Origin: Hyalangium minutum
Lineage (GTDB): Bacteria; Myxococcota; Myxococcia; Myxococcales; Myxococcaceae
Direction of reading: 5' to 3'
NCBI RefSeq assembly: GCF_000737315.1
Contig: NZ_JMCB01000004.1
Span: 20,001 to 268,000, forward strand
DNA length: 248,000 nucleotides
Position 1 is the first letter of the stretch; every line of letters begins with the position of its first letter. Of the stretch, positions 115,630-128,141 are shown one piece after another. Below the pieces are notes generated by a model that saw only the letters and a program-made list of their open reading frames with translations, made no database searches and had not been told where the DNA came from. The position numbers and the translations under genes are program-made.

Positions 115630-116535
115630 TTACTGGAAGCACTCCCCGACAACGCCCGCGCCATCCGGGTTGGTGGCCCAGGCTGCGCACGCCAGCTTTC
115701 GCTGCGCCGACACGCTGGGGTGGAAGCAGTCGGTGCCGTTGAGGTCCGACGCGCGGAAGACGTACGTGCCCACCGAAGTGTTCTGGAAGCCCTCCTCGAG
115801 GGAGCCCTGCCAGTCCGCCACGAAGCGCACGCCTCGCGGGTTGCGGCCGTCGATGTTGGCTGCGTAGAGATCGACCTCGGCACGGGTCGCCGCGTTGTAT
115901 TCATTGATGCGAGCGCCGATCTGCGCTCGCCGGCCGCCGTTCCTCTCTGCGGTGACGATGCGGCAGATGCCTGCGGCGGGCCAGATGACGTACGAGCAAT
116001 ACAGGCTCTTGGCATTCCCAGCGGCGTAGAGGAAATCCACCCGAGGGAAGCTCAGCACGTGTACCGTCGCGCCCGGCGAGAGGCAGGCCGCCAGCTGATC
116101 CAGCCCCGCGCGCAGCGCGTTGACCCAGGTGTCGAGCGAGTACATGTTCGCGGTGGCATCCGAGCTGGAGGATCTCGGCCGGTTGCACACGTCGTTGGCG
116201 CCGAGGAGGACAGAGACGTGCTGGGGCTTCTCCTCCTGCGCGCAGATCCGCGATGCCTGGACGGCGAAGTTGTTGCTCCCGCCGACCATCTCCGCGCCCG
116301 AGACGGACTCGGGTTGCTGGGTGAAGGAAGGGACGAGCTCCCGATACCGCATGAAGATCGAGAAGACGCTGCTGGAGGTGCCTTGCACCCAGCTCAGCTC
116401 CGGGCGATCCGCGGGCCACCCATCCGCGATCGCGCCTTGGGACATGCTGTCACCCACGTTGGACTGCTTGGTGGGGAGCTCGGCCCATGCCACACCTGCC
116501 AGGAGCCCCGCTGCCACTGCGCAGAGAATCCGCAT
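115630..116535 (-). CDS. SGNH/GDSL hydrolase
   Basis: GDSMS, GAND, DCFHPS. Confidence 0.85.
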   Translation of the reverse strand: MRILCAVAAGLLAGVAWAELPTKQSNVGDSMSQGAIADGWPADRPELSWVQGTSSSVFSIFMRYRELVPSFTQQPESVSGAEMVGGSNNFAVQASRICAQEEKPQHVSVLLGANDVCNRPRSSSSDATANMYSLDTWVNALRAGLDQLAACLSPGATVHVLSFPRVDFLYAAGNAKSLYCSYVIWPAAGICRIVTAERNGGRRAQIGARINEYNAATRAEVDLYAANIDGRNPRGVRFVADWQGSLEEGFQNTSVGTYVFRASDLNGTDCFHPSVSAQRKLACAAWATNPDGAGVVGECFQ

Positions 116536-116957
116536 TCGAGATGTGCTCACGACGTGTTCCTCCGGTGAGTGAAAGCTCTGCGGTGTGTACAGGAAGGGCC
116601 TGGGGCGCCCCATCCGTCGGCGAGGCAGACGCGTTGGCCACCACACGAGGACGAGCGCGGAAATCCACGGATGATCGTCACCCTGTGCCCGGAGTCGTGC
116701 GCGGTGATGCCTGATGAGCAGGGGAGGTGGGGTGGGCCCTCGCAGGTAGGTCTTCCCGCTACCGTCTCCCAGGGTTCCCTCCGTGGGGAGCAGAGAGGCG
116801 CAGAGCCGCGCCGTCGTGTTTCGTGCAACGGGCCTGTGGCTGTTGCCACGGGGTATCACCTGGAAGACGCGAGCAAGCAGTCATGCACGGGGGGCCCATT
116901 CCGGTGGGGATCCCCGTGTCCATTCCTGTCCGGCGAGAACAGCGGGCGGGGAGCGGC

Positions 116958-119477
116958 ATGGGCGGATTGCGTGGCGCGTGGGTGGTGCTGGCGTGCGTGG
117001 GCGTGCTTGGGGGGCGGGCGGTGTGGGCCCAGGCTCCTGGCGAGGAGGCTCCGTCCGACGAGGTGCTGTCGGAGGAGCAGCTCGAGCAGCTGCTGGACTC
117101 TCCAGCCGAGCAGCCCTCGGGCGCGGACCTGAATGAGGCGATGTTCGGGCTGGAGCAGCTCACGCCCTACTTCGCCGAGGGGACGCTGGCCAAGGCCCGG
117201 GCTGAGTACGACCGGGGCCGGTACCGCAAGGCGCGGACACTGCTCTCGCAGGAGCAGCAGACGCTTCCGGTTCGCTTCCTGATGGCGCAGAGCGCGCTGA
117301 ACCTGCGCGATGACGTCACCGCGGCCGAGGAGTTCGCGGCGCTGGCCGAGGAGTACGTGCCGCTGAGAGACCACTGCTTGATGCGCGCGGCCCAGTCCAA
117401 CGAGAAGCTGCGCAAGCTGGAGCTGGCGGCCACCCAGTACCAGGCGGTGGATCCGAGCTCGCCGCTCTATCCGGACGCGCGGTTCAACCTGGCGCGGGTG
117501 CTGGAGCGGCGGAGGGACTTGAACGGAGCGCTGAACGCGCTGGCGGAACTCATCGAGAGCCGCAAGGCGCGCGGACCAGACGCCGTCCGCATGCAGGCGC
117601 TGCTGGCCACGTGTGATTTGGCGCGCAAGCAGGGCCTGTACAACGTGGAGCACAAGGCGCTGCTCGAGGTGTGGGCCACGAGTCCGTTGTCCCGGGAGGC
117701 GGAGCGCGCCCGGCGGCGGCTGCAGGGGCTGCCGCTGCCGCTGAAGTGGCGGGTGCGCCGGGCGGATGCGCTGGTGGATCTGCACCGCAACCACGCGGCG
117801 ATGGAACTGCTCGACGGGGTGGTTCCCCACGTGGCGCTGCCGGACCCGGTGGGGTGCAATGCGCGCCTCATCTATGGCGAGGCGCTGCGCAAGGAGCGGC
117901 AGCACCACAAGGCGATTCAGGTGCTCTCGCCGGTGGTGGAGCAGTGCCACCTACCGGAGGTCCGGCCGCAGGCGCTCTACGTGCTGGGCTACTCGCAGTC
118001 CGTGGTGGACAAGGACGCGGCGGTCGGCACGTACGACACGCTGGCGCGCGACTACCCGGAGCACGGCTATGCGGATGACGCCCTGTTCTTCGCGGGCTGG
118101 CTGTTCCAGCGCAAGGGCGAGCTGGATGCCGCGATGACCCGGTACGACGAACTGGCCAGGAAGTACCCCACGGGCAACTTCGCGTCCGAGGCGCTCTTCC
118201 GCTCGTACTGGCTGCACCAGCGGCGGGGGGAGCATGCGGCGGCGCTGGGGGCGCTCCAGGCGGTGGAGAAGATGCCGCAGGCGGCGCGGACGGACGAAGC
118301 GCTCTGGCGGGCGCGGTACTGGATCGCCCGGACGATGGAGATGCAGAACGAGGTGCCTGCGGCGCTCGCGGGCTATGAGCGCATCGCGGCCGATCGGCCT
118401 GCGACGTGGTACGGGATGCTGGCGCGCTCGCGGCTTGCGCTGCTGGCGCCGGGGCGGCTGGTGCGTGCACCGCCCGTCTCCGCGACGCCGATCGCCATGG
118501 TGGCTCCCGTCTCCACGGCTCCTGTCTCCGTGGCACCGGCCTCCGTGGCGCCTGTTTCTGGGGCGCCGGTCTCGGCGACTTCGGCCACCCTGACGTCCAT
118601 GCAGACGGTGGCGCCGGAACCCACGGCGGAGCCTGCGGTGATCTGGCCGCTGCCGATGGGTGGGCTGGCCAAGGATCCGCGCTTTGCGGCGGGAGTGGAG
118701 CTGATCCGGCTGGGAATGTCCGGTGCGGTGCAGGAACTGCTCGCGGTGGAGCAGCGGGCGCTGCCGGAGGGCCCGGCGCGGCTGCTGTACCAGATTGTCC
118801 AGCGCACGGGGCGGGGCTGGGCGGCGCGCAAGGTGGCGCGCTCCACGCTGCGGGACGAGGTGCGAGGCCCGCTGAGCTCCACGTCCCGGCCGATCTGGGA
118901 GGCCACGTGGCCGCTTGCGTTCCGCACGCTCATCGAGCGCCAGGCGAAGACGAACCGGCTGGATCCGGACCTGCTGCAGGGGCTCATCCGCGAGGAGAGC
119001 CGGTTCAATCCTCGGGCGCGCTCGTCCACGGGAGCGCTGGGACTCACGCAGCTGATGCCCGCGACGGCGCGCCAGGTGGCGGCCTCGCTGAAGCTGGCGG
119101 CGGTGGGGGAGCAGACGCTGCTGCAGCCGGACCAGAACGTGCGGATCGGCGCGGCGTACCTGGGGCAGCTGCTCAAGCACTTTGGAGGGAACGCCGCGTA
119201 CGCGGTGGCCGCATACAACGCGGGGCCTGGAGCGGTGGAGCGCTGGCGGAAGGCGCTGCCGCAGGCGGACCTCGACGAGTGGGTGGAGCACATCACCTTC
119301 GACGAGACGCGGGACTACGTGAAGAACGTGCTGGGCAGCTACAACGCCTACAAGCAGCTCTACGGCTCGCAGTCGCCGCTGCTGCAGATCACCACCATGA
119401 CTCCCGCCAATGGTGCGGGGCTGGCGGAGCGTGAGGCGGGAATGGGCGGCTCGGGTTCCGAGGTCCTGCAGAAGTGA
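116958..119477 (+). CDS. Soluble lytic transglycosylase (TPR + SLT)
   Basis: IREESRF, GALGLTQLM, AYNAG, ETRDYV. Confidence 0.93.
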   Translation: MGGLRGAWVVLACVGVLGGRAVWAQAPGEEAPSDEVLSEEQLEQLLDSPAEQPSGADLNEAMFGLEQLTPYFAEGTLAKARAEYDRGRYRKARTLLSQEQQTLPVRFLMAQSALNLRDDVTAAEEFAALAEEYVPLRDHCLMRAAQSNEKLRKLELAATQYQAVDPSSPLYPDARFNLARVLERRRDLNGALNALAELIESRKARGPDAVRMQALLATCDLARKQGLYNVEHKALLEVWATSPLSREAERARRRLQGLPLPLKWRVRRADALVDLHRNHAAMELLDGVVPHVALPDPVGCNARLIYGEALRKERQHHKAIQVLSPVVEQCHLPEVRPQALYVLGYSQSVVDKDAAVGTYDTLARDYPEHGYADDALFFAGWLFQRKGELDAAMTRYDELARKYPTGNFASEALFRSYWLHQRRGEHAAALGALQAVEKMPQAARTDEALWRARYWIARTMEMQNEVPAALAGYERIAADRPATWYGMLARSRLALLAPGRLVRAPPVSATPIAMVAPVSTAPVSVAPASVAPVSGAPVSATSATLTSMQTVAPEPTAEPAVIWPLPMGGLAKDPRFAAGVELIRLGMSGAVQELLAVEQRALPEGPARLLYQIVQRTGRGWAARKVARSTLRDEVRGPLSSTSRPIWEATWPLAFRTLIERQAKTNRLDPDLLQGLIREESRFNPRARSSTGALGLTQLMPATARQVAASLKLAAVGEQTLLQPDQNVRIGAAYLGQLLKHFGGNAAYAVAAYNAGPGAVERWRKALPQADLDEWVEHITFDETRDYVKNVLGSYNAYKQLYGSQSPLLQITTMTPANGAGLAEREAGMGGSGSEVLQK

Positions 119478-119522
119478 GCAGTTTCCCTTGCGAGCAGCTG
119501 GACACCGGCTCACTCTCCGGGG

Positions 119523-119999
119523 ATGGAAAACGCTGCGCCTGAATGGAAGCTGCCGTGGGAGGGTGGGTGCCGCTGCGGGAAGATCCGCCTGCGCGTCACT
119601 CAGCCTCCGCTCCTGACCATGGCGTGTCACTGCACGGGCTGTCAGCGCATGAGCTCGAGTGCTTTCAGCCTGTCGATGGCGGTGCCGACGCCCGGCTTTG
119701 AGGTCCTCTCCGGCGAGCCGGTGGTCGGGGGGCTGCATGGGCCGACGAAGCACATGTTCTGCGGCCACTGCATGACGTGGATGTTCACGCGGCCCGAGGG
119801 CATGGACTTCTTCGTGAACCTCCGGCCGAGCATGCTCGACGACTGGAGCTGGTTCGTGCCGTTCATCGAGACCTACGCGGAGGTGAAACGGCCCTGGGCG
119901 GCAACGGGCGCGGTGCACTCCTACCCGCAGTTTCCGGAGATGTCCGCGTACGAAGGGCTCATCGCCGAGTTCGCCGCGAAGGGTGTGCGTCCCAAGTAG
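119523..119999 (+). CDS. GFA/CENP-V family protein
   Basis: GGCRCG, CHCTGC, FCGHC. Confidence 0.9.
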   Translation: MENAAPEWKLPWEGGCRCGKIRLRVTQPPLLTMACHCTGCQRMSSSAFSLSMAVPTPGFEVLSGEPVVGGLHGPTKHMFCGHCMTWMFTRPEGMDFFVNLRPSMLDDWSWFVPFIETYAEVKRPWAATGAVHSYPQFPEMSAYEGLIAEFAAKGVRPK

Positions 120000-120151
120000 C
120001 GAGCCGCAGCCGCAAGGGGCTCGGGTGTGTTCCCTCGTTGCCGGTAGCCCAGGTGCAGTGGCAGGTGCTCCATCCCGCGCGACAGGGTGGACGAGCGCCA
120101 CCGCGAACTGCGAGGCGTGAAGCGCGTGCGGCTCGTGCTTGATGCGGCGGT

Positions 120152-120628
120152 TCAGCGCGCGGTGCACCTGTTGCTGCGGCAACTACCGCCCGGACACTCC
120201 GAGTCGGAGTAACACTCGCCGCCTGCGGTGGTGCACTTGCCGCTACGGCAGCTCCCGCCGTTGCACTCCGAGTCGGAGTAGCACTGGCCACCGGCGGTAG
120301 TGCACTTGCCGCTACGGCACCTGCCACCCGGGCACTCGGAATCCGAGTAGCACTCGCCACCCGCAGTGGTGCACTTGCCACTGCGGCAGCTCCCGCCGTT
120401 ACACTCCGAGTCGGAGTAGCACTGGCCACCGGCGGTAGTGCACTTGCTGCTGCGGCACCTGCCACCCGGGCACTCGGAATCCGAGTAGCACTCGCCACCC
120501 GCAGTGGTGCACTTGCCACTGCGGCAGCTCCCGCCGTTGCACTCCGAGTCGGAGTAGCAGTCGGCGAGCGCGGTGGGGGCGAACAGGAGCGCAGTGAGCG
120601 CGAGCGGTACGACCAGCAGTCGGGACAT
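120152..120628 (-). CDS. Secreted protein of six 23-aa Cys-rich tandem repeats
   Basis: Signal peptide (PTALA-D) then CYSDSEC(N/P)GG(S/R)CRSGKCTTAGG(E/Q) x6. Confidence 0.8.
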   Translation of the reverse strand: MSRLLVVPLALTALLFAPTALADCYSDSECNGGSCRSGKCTTAGGECYSDSECPGGRCRSSKCTTAGGQCYSDSECNGGSCRSGKCTTAGGECYSDSECPGGRCRSGKCTTAGGQCYSDSECNGGSCRSGKCTTAGGECYSDSECPGGSCRSNRCTAR

Positions 120629-121030
120629 GGTCACCTCTCCGAGCGCTCCATCCTGCTGGCAAGCGTGGGCTGCGCGCAACGAGTGGGAGGCAACACTCCT
120701 TCGTGTGGTGCTCGTCCGCCCACGCATACAGCGCCTGATGCCCGAGCGGTGCCAGCTGGAGCCACTCCAGCGTTCTTCTTCCGATGGGCGGGGAGGCGTG
120801 GCTTACTACACGGCTGGATGGGAGCAGGCCGGATCGGAGTGTCCTCGCGGTACCGGGCCTGCGAGCAAGGAGGGCTCTGGTGAAGGAGCATCCCGGAGGG
120901 GCTTCCCTGGTGCCACTGGCTCCGATGCTTGGGTGTCTCCTCCTTGTGGCGAGCTGTCAGGGATGCGAGAGGCCCGCGGCGCAGGTGTCGGCCATCGAAG
121001 GGGTGGAGGCCGGTGTCAGACCCTCCGCAG

Positions 121031-122029
121031 CTACTCTTCAGTGCTTGTGAGGTTTGGCGGCATGAATGTCAGCGAGATGGGATTCCCCAGCCCACCGCTG
121101 CCGGGTTGAACAAAGAGATCGATGAACGCGCCTGTCTTCCCGTCGAAGCGAAACACGGAGGCGCCCTGGAAGCTTGGCAGGTAAAGGTTTTCGTCGGGCC
121201 CGAAGACAAGATCATTGACCGTGATCAGCCCATTGCTGCCAGCAGGAATGAAGACATCGATCAAGGCGCCCGTCGTCCTGTTGTAGCGCCGCACGTCGTT
121301 GTCAAACGTGGCGACATACAGCTGGCAGTCGGGTCCGAAGGCAAACTTGGGGTATTTCACGCCGGTGATGAAGACCGCTCCCGGCTGGCCCTCGGCTGGC
121401 AGGGGAGCTCCCGTCCATTTGTCGTAGCGCATGATCTGGTCGGTCAAGACGCTCTCGACGAAGAGGTGCCCCTCTGGGCCAAAGGCCAGGATCTGCGGGA
121501 CCTTCAGTCCTCCCCCGGAGGCGAAGACGCCCAAGAAGGCGCCCGTCTTCCCGTCGTAGCGCAGCACGCTGTTGGTGCCGAAGAAGCTGTCGCTGACGTA
121601 CAGGTTCCTGTCGGGACCGAAGATGAGGTCGCCCGGAGTCCCGAGCCCCCCTCTGCCGGCTGGCACGAACACGCCCATGAACGCGCCCGTCCTCCCGTTG
121701 AAGCGCAGGATGTTCTTGGTAGCGAAGCTCGCGATGTAGAGGTGTCCATCCGGGCCGTAGGCCAGGCCCTGGATATTGGACAGCCCGCCACTGCCGGGAG
121801 GGATGAAGACGCTGACGAACTCTCCCGTTGTCCCGTCATAGCGCAGCACGCTGCTGTTGACGTTGCTGCTGACCAGCAGATCACTCCTGGGAACCAGCCC
121901 TTCTTTTTGAGCGTCCCCTGCCTCCCAGCGCTCGGTGAGCTTCGCCTGCTCCGCCACCTCGGATACTCCGCACCCGGCAGCCAGCCACGTCACCAGCAAA
122001 GCACTCCACAACCCCTTCCCACTCACCAT
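121031..122029 (-). CDS. NHL/Vgb-like beta-propeller lipoprotein
   Basis: AAGC lipobox; FGPDGNLYV / RYDGKTGAF repeats. Confidence 0.8.
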   Translation of the reverse strand: MVSGKGLWSALLVTWLAAGCGVSEVAEQAKLTERWEAGDAQKEGLVPRSDLLVSSNVNSSVLRYDGTTGEFVSVFIPPGSGGLSNIQGLAYGPDGHLYIASFATKNILRFNGRTGAFMGVFVPAGRGGLGTPGDLIFGPDRNLYVSDSFFGTNSVLRYDGKTGAFLGVFASGGGLKVPQILAFGPEGHLFVESVLTDQIMRYDKWTGAPLPAEGQPGAVFITGVKYPKFAFGPDCQLYVATFDNDVRRYNRTTGALIDVFIPAGSNGLITVNDLVFGPDENLYLPSFQGASVFRFDGKTGAFIDLFVQPGSGGLGNPISLTFMPPNLTSTEE

Positions 122030-122252
122030 GTCCCCCTCCTGTAGGTGGATAGAACTCCCACATCCACTCCCGCCAGAGTGTAAAGAGGATCAGGTGAAGA
122101 CCAGTGGCTGGCAGGGTCAGTCCGCGTCCATGGGCGAGCCTTTGATGGGCCTCTGGGCTCGAACTGTCAGGCCCGCATCATCCTGCGCTCGCCCGTGGCG
122201 CTGCTCCTCCCGCGTGGGGAGTGACACCTCCACGTCACTCCCCACGAGTGGC

Positions 122253-122885
122253 TCAGCCCTGGCGGCGCCGGAACAACATCAAGCCTGCCAGCATGCAGCC
122301 CCAGATGGGCGCACTCCCAGCAGCGGCGCATCCACCCCCATCCGCGTTCTCCTCTGGCTCTTCCTCCTGGGGGACGTCCACGGGTGTGCCCTTCCCAATC
122401 TTCACGCTCAGCTTCGCGGTGGAAGACCTGTCCCCATCGCTTTTGAGGTCCGCGTTGGTGGAGTTACCGGCCCCAAAGAGCGTGAGCGTCACATCGGTCG
122501 CGGGCGCGACGAGCGAGAAGTCGAAGCGCAGCACCCCGGCGTTGAAGGGCTGGGGAGCGGAATGCGTCAACTCGGTCCCCAGCTTCTTGAGCCCGGCGCT
122601 GCTGGCCAGGAGAGAGGTCTCCGCGCTGTCCACGGCGATGTTGATCCCACCCGTCTTCGCGGCGCCTCCCCGGATGATGAGGGCGTACTGGCCCGTGGCC
122701 CCTGGCTCCAGGCTCGTGGGGCCCTCGAACTCCACGGTGGGAAGCTCTCCCCCTTTATGACACGTGCTGCACGTCATCCCGTCCTTGCCAGACTGCCCGG
122801 TGATGCCCGTGCTGGTGGCGAGAGCAGGGGAGGACCACAGCGCCAAAGCGGCGAACACGCTCGTGATACGGAACTGAGGATGCAT
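122253..122885 (-). CDS. MYXO-CTERM-anchored Reeler-like protein with CxxCH
   Basis: CSTCH; GGGCAAAG..hydrophobic..RRRQG tail. Confidence 0.72.
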   Translation of the reverse strand: MHPQFRITSVFAALALWSSPALATSTGITGQSGKDGMTCSTCHKGGELPTVEFEGPTSLEPGATGQYALIIRGGAAKTGGINIAVDSAETSLLASSAGLKKLGTELTHSAPQPFNAGVLRFDFSLVAPATDVTLTLFGAGNSTNADLKSDGDRSSTAKLSVKIGKGTPVDVPQEEEPEENADGGGCAAAGSAPIWGCMLAGLMLFRRRQG

Positions 122886-122929
122886 TGAATCTCCAAGAAG
122901 TGATGAGAGACACGGCGTGACTGCAGCCG

Positions 122930-124138
122930 CTAGCGAAGCTGGAGGAAGGAGAAGGAGAGCCCTGGCGTCGTCACCGTGGCCCTGCCGTTGTCCCCCAGCA
123001 TCCGCAGGGTGGTGGACGCGGCGCCCGCGGCGAACTCGGTGTAGAGGATCTGGTTCTGCGACTCGAAGAGGAAGGTGCTGCCCGACGTCGCCGGGAAGCG
123101 GGTCTTGTGCACCGCCGTCATCGTGTCGAGCTTCAGCTCCCACCACTGCCAGCCCTTCCCGCTCGCGATGGTGCGCGGATGGGTGCCTTCCGTGATCGGG
123201 GCCACCGTCTCATCGAGCACGCGCACGTACGCGGTCCCCCGAGGGCCGGGCACGAGCGTGCCCGCCGTGCCACCGCCCACCAGTTCCGAGAGTGTCCGGT
123301 GGAAGCTCGGATCAAAGGTGCGGGTCTGGGGATCGAACTTGAGCAGGCACGGCGTGGGTGCCTCCGCGCCCACCACCCGGCGCACCGCCGCGCCATAGGC
123401 CTCCGTCGCGATGTACACCTTGCCGTCCAGGCCGACGGCGGCATCCTGCGTGTAGCCACACCGCTCATCCGTGGCGAGGGTGGCCACATCCGTCGCCGTG
123501 TCGACGGAGACCACACCCGCCTTGGGGGTGATGCCCACGCCCGAGACGGGACGCCAGCCCACGGGCATGATGATTTGGCCGGTGAGCTGCACGGCCAGTC
123601 CCGAGAAGGCCACGACCGTGTCCGGGAAGGCCACAGCGTCGAGGGGGATACGGCCGGTGACCGTCATCAGCTCGGGGTTCCAGATGACGATCTGGGCGGT
123701 GGCCCCATCGAAGAAGTAGGCCTTGGTCTCCGAGATGAACTGGAAGTTGGCCTGGTACTCTCCCAGGGACGTCACTCCCACGCTGGCGAAGCTCACGGTG
123801 CCAGCCGGCTCCAGCGCCCCCGTGGCGGAGAGCTTGTAACGGGTCACCGTCGCGCTCTCGTCGCTCACGACATAGAGCGTGCCGGACTTGGGGATGCCCA
123901 ATCCCAGGGCACGACCGGGCACGCGGATGGCGTTGTCCAGGGAGAGCGATGCCGGCTGCTCCGCCTGGTCCGTCACGATGACGTAGCTCTCCGCCGGATC
124001 GGCGGCGAGCAATTGCGTGGTGATGGCGTACAGCGGCTCGGTGTCGTCACCGTCCTCTTCTCCACAGCCTGTGAGCAGGGACAGGGCCAGCATGGCGGCG
124101 GAAAACCGCAGGGAAGAGAGGGCACCCAGATGCTTCAT
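122930..124138 (-). CDS. MxcI-like (DUF4374-type) iron-related lipoprotein
   Basis: LTGC lipobox, ETKAYFF, DERCG; Fur box upstream. Confidence 0.6.
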   Translation of the reverse strand: MKHLGALSSLRFSAAMLALSLLTGCGEEDGDDTEPLYAITTQLLAADPAESYVIVTDQAEQPASLSLDNAIRVPGRALGLGIPKSGTLYVVSDESATVTRYKLSATGALEPAGTVSFASVGVTSLGEYQANFQFISETKAYFFDGATAQIVIWNPELMTVTGRIPLDAVAFPDTVVAFSGLAVQLTGQIIMPVGWRPVSGVGITPKAGVVSVDTATDVATLATDERCGYTQDAAVGLDGKVYIATEAYGAAVRRVVGAEAPTPCLLKFDPQTRTFDPSFHRTLSELVGGGTAGTLVPGPRGTAYVRVLDETVAPITEGTHPRTIASGKGWQWWELKLDTMTAVHKTRFPATSGSTFLFESQNQILYTEFAAGAASTTLRMLGDNGRATVTTPGLSFSFLQLR

Positions 124139-124161
124139 CGCAACAGCCTTTCCATGGAAAT

Positions 124162-124180
124162 GAAATCGATAATCATTATC
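124162..124180. promoter_or_regulatory. Fur box
   Basis: GAAATCGATAATCATTATC, 16/19 match to GATAATGATAATCATTATC. Confidence 0.8.
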
Positions 124181-124292
124181 AATTTCAGTGCTCTATTAGG
124201 AGGTGGCCGCGCCCCCTGTCAAGAAGAAGGGCTCTGTGGGTGGCGTCGTGTGGCTCGTGGGGATCGCGATCAGGGACGCGTTGCTACAGGTG

Positions 124293-124309
124293 GTGTACGT
124301 CTGTACAGT
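124293..124309 (+). promoter_or_regulatory. Possible LexA box upstream of helicase
   Basis: GTGTACGTCTGTACAGT, 14/17 to CTRHAMRYBYGTTCAGS. Confidence 0.45.
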
Positions 124310-124319
124310 GCACGGCCCC

Positions 124320-126734
<2,415 letters not shown>

Positions 126735-126746
126735 GCGAGGTGCAGG

Positions 126747-128141
126747 GTGGACCTGAAGCGCAAGCTGGCACGGCTCTCGAGCATTGGCCCTGGCGGCAAG
126801 CCCGTGGCCACGGCTGCGCCCTCCGAGCCTGTTGCTGAGGCGGCTCCCGTCGCTTCGCCGCCCGCTCCCGAGCCGGAGGTGCGCAAGCCGCAGGATCCGC
126901 GTATCGCGGCGTTGCGCCAGATGCTGGGGGAGTGGTCCCAGCGCCGGGTCACCGCCGCAGGCCGCCGAGCTGCTCCGCCGCCGCCTCCGCCCCCGGGCCC
127001 GCTGCCCGCCGAGCCTCGGACGACGCCTCACGGAGTGGTCCACATCGCCGAGCGGTTGCTGCTGCCGGATCACCACCATGGCTCGGCTCCCGTGGCGGGC
127101 GCGTGTGACGTGGAGTCCGCGCTGGTGGCGAGCCTCGCGCTGGATCCCCGGCTGGCGGGCGTGGACTTCCAGCGGGTGCTCTACCTGGACACGGAGACGA
127201 CGGGGCTCGCGGGCGGCACCGGCACCGTGCCCTTCCTGGTGGGCCTGGCGTGGTTCGAGGGGCGCTCGCTCCGCGTGCAGCAGCTCTTCCTGAGCCGGCT
127301 GGGCGAGGAGGGACCCATGCTGCGCGTGCTGGCCGAGCGCATGGCCGGGTCCTCCTGCCTCATCACCTTCAATGGAAAGAGCTTCGACTGGCCGCTGCTG
127401 CGCACCCGCTTCGTGCTCAACCGCGTGCCCGTTCCCTCCGAGCTGCCGCACCTGGATCTGCTGCACTGCTCGCGGCGGGTGTTCAAGCACCGGGGCTCGG
127501 GGACGCGGCTGGTGCAGTTGGAGGAGCAGATCCTCGGGCACCGGCGCGTGGGCGACGTGGACGGCTCGCTGATCCCGGACCTCTACTTCCGCTTCCTGCG
127601 CGGCGGCAGCAGCGCGGCCCTCACGCCCGTGCTGGAGCACAACGCGAACGATCTCCTGCTCCTGGCGGCGCTGCTGGGTGAGCTGGTGCGGCGCTTCCGC
127701 ACCAGCCGCGGCGAGGAGGAGGATCCTCGGGACTTGCTCGGCTTCGCGGGCGTGGCGATGCGCGCCGGGGATTTCGAGCGGGCGCAGACCTTTGCCCAGG
127801 CTGCGGCCCGGGGCGGTGGCACGGTCAGCGTGGAGGCGCTCTCGCTGGCTTCCCGTCTGTCCCGCCGGGCAGGGGACTCCAAGAGCGCGGTGGACTTGCT
127901 GGAGCAGGCGCTCACCTCCGCGAGGGGCACCCAGGCCGCGCCGCTGCATCTGGCGCTCACCAAGCTGTACGAGCACTCGCTCAAGGATCTGGAGCGGGCC
128001 CTGCACCACGCGCGGCTCACCATGACCGCCGAGCTCCCCGAGGAGCAGCGCCACCGCATCTCTCGCCTGGAGCGCAAGCTGGGCCGGGGCTCAGGGGAGA
128101 ACGTGCTGGCGCTCGGGATGCCGCCTCGCGCCGGGCTCTAG
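126747..128141 (+). CDS. RNase H-like DEDD exonuclease + TPR (MrfB/YprB type)
   Basis: LDTETTG, TFNGKSFD, HLDLL, HNAND. Confidence 0.88.
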   Translation: MDLKRKLARLSSIGPGGKPVATAAPSEPVAEAAPVASPPAPEPEVRKPQDPRIAALRQMLGEWSQRRVTAAGRRAAPPPPPPPGPLPAEPRTTPHGVVHIAERLLLPDHHHGSAPVAGACDVESALVASLALDPRLAGVDFQRVLYLDTETTGLAGGTGTVPFLVGLAWFEGRSLRVQQLFLSRLGEEGPMLRVLAERMAGSSCLITFNGKSFDWPLLRTRFVLNRVPVPSELPHLDLLHCSRRVFKHRGSGTRLVQLEEQILGHRRVGDVDGSLIPDLYFRFLRGGSSAALTPVLEHNANDLLLLAALLGELVRRFRTSRGEEEDPRDLLGFAGVAMRAGDFERAQTFAQAAARGGGTVSVEALSLASRLSRRAGDSKSAVDLLEQALTSARGTQAAPLHLALTKLYEHSLKDLERALHHARLTMTAELPEEQRHRISRLERKLGRGSGENVLALGMPPRAGL

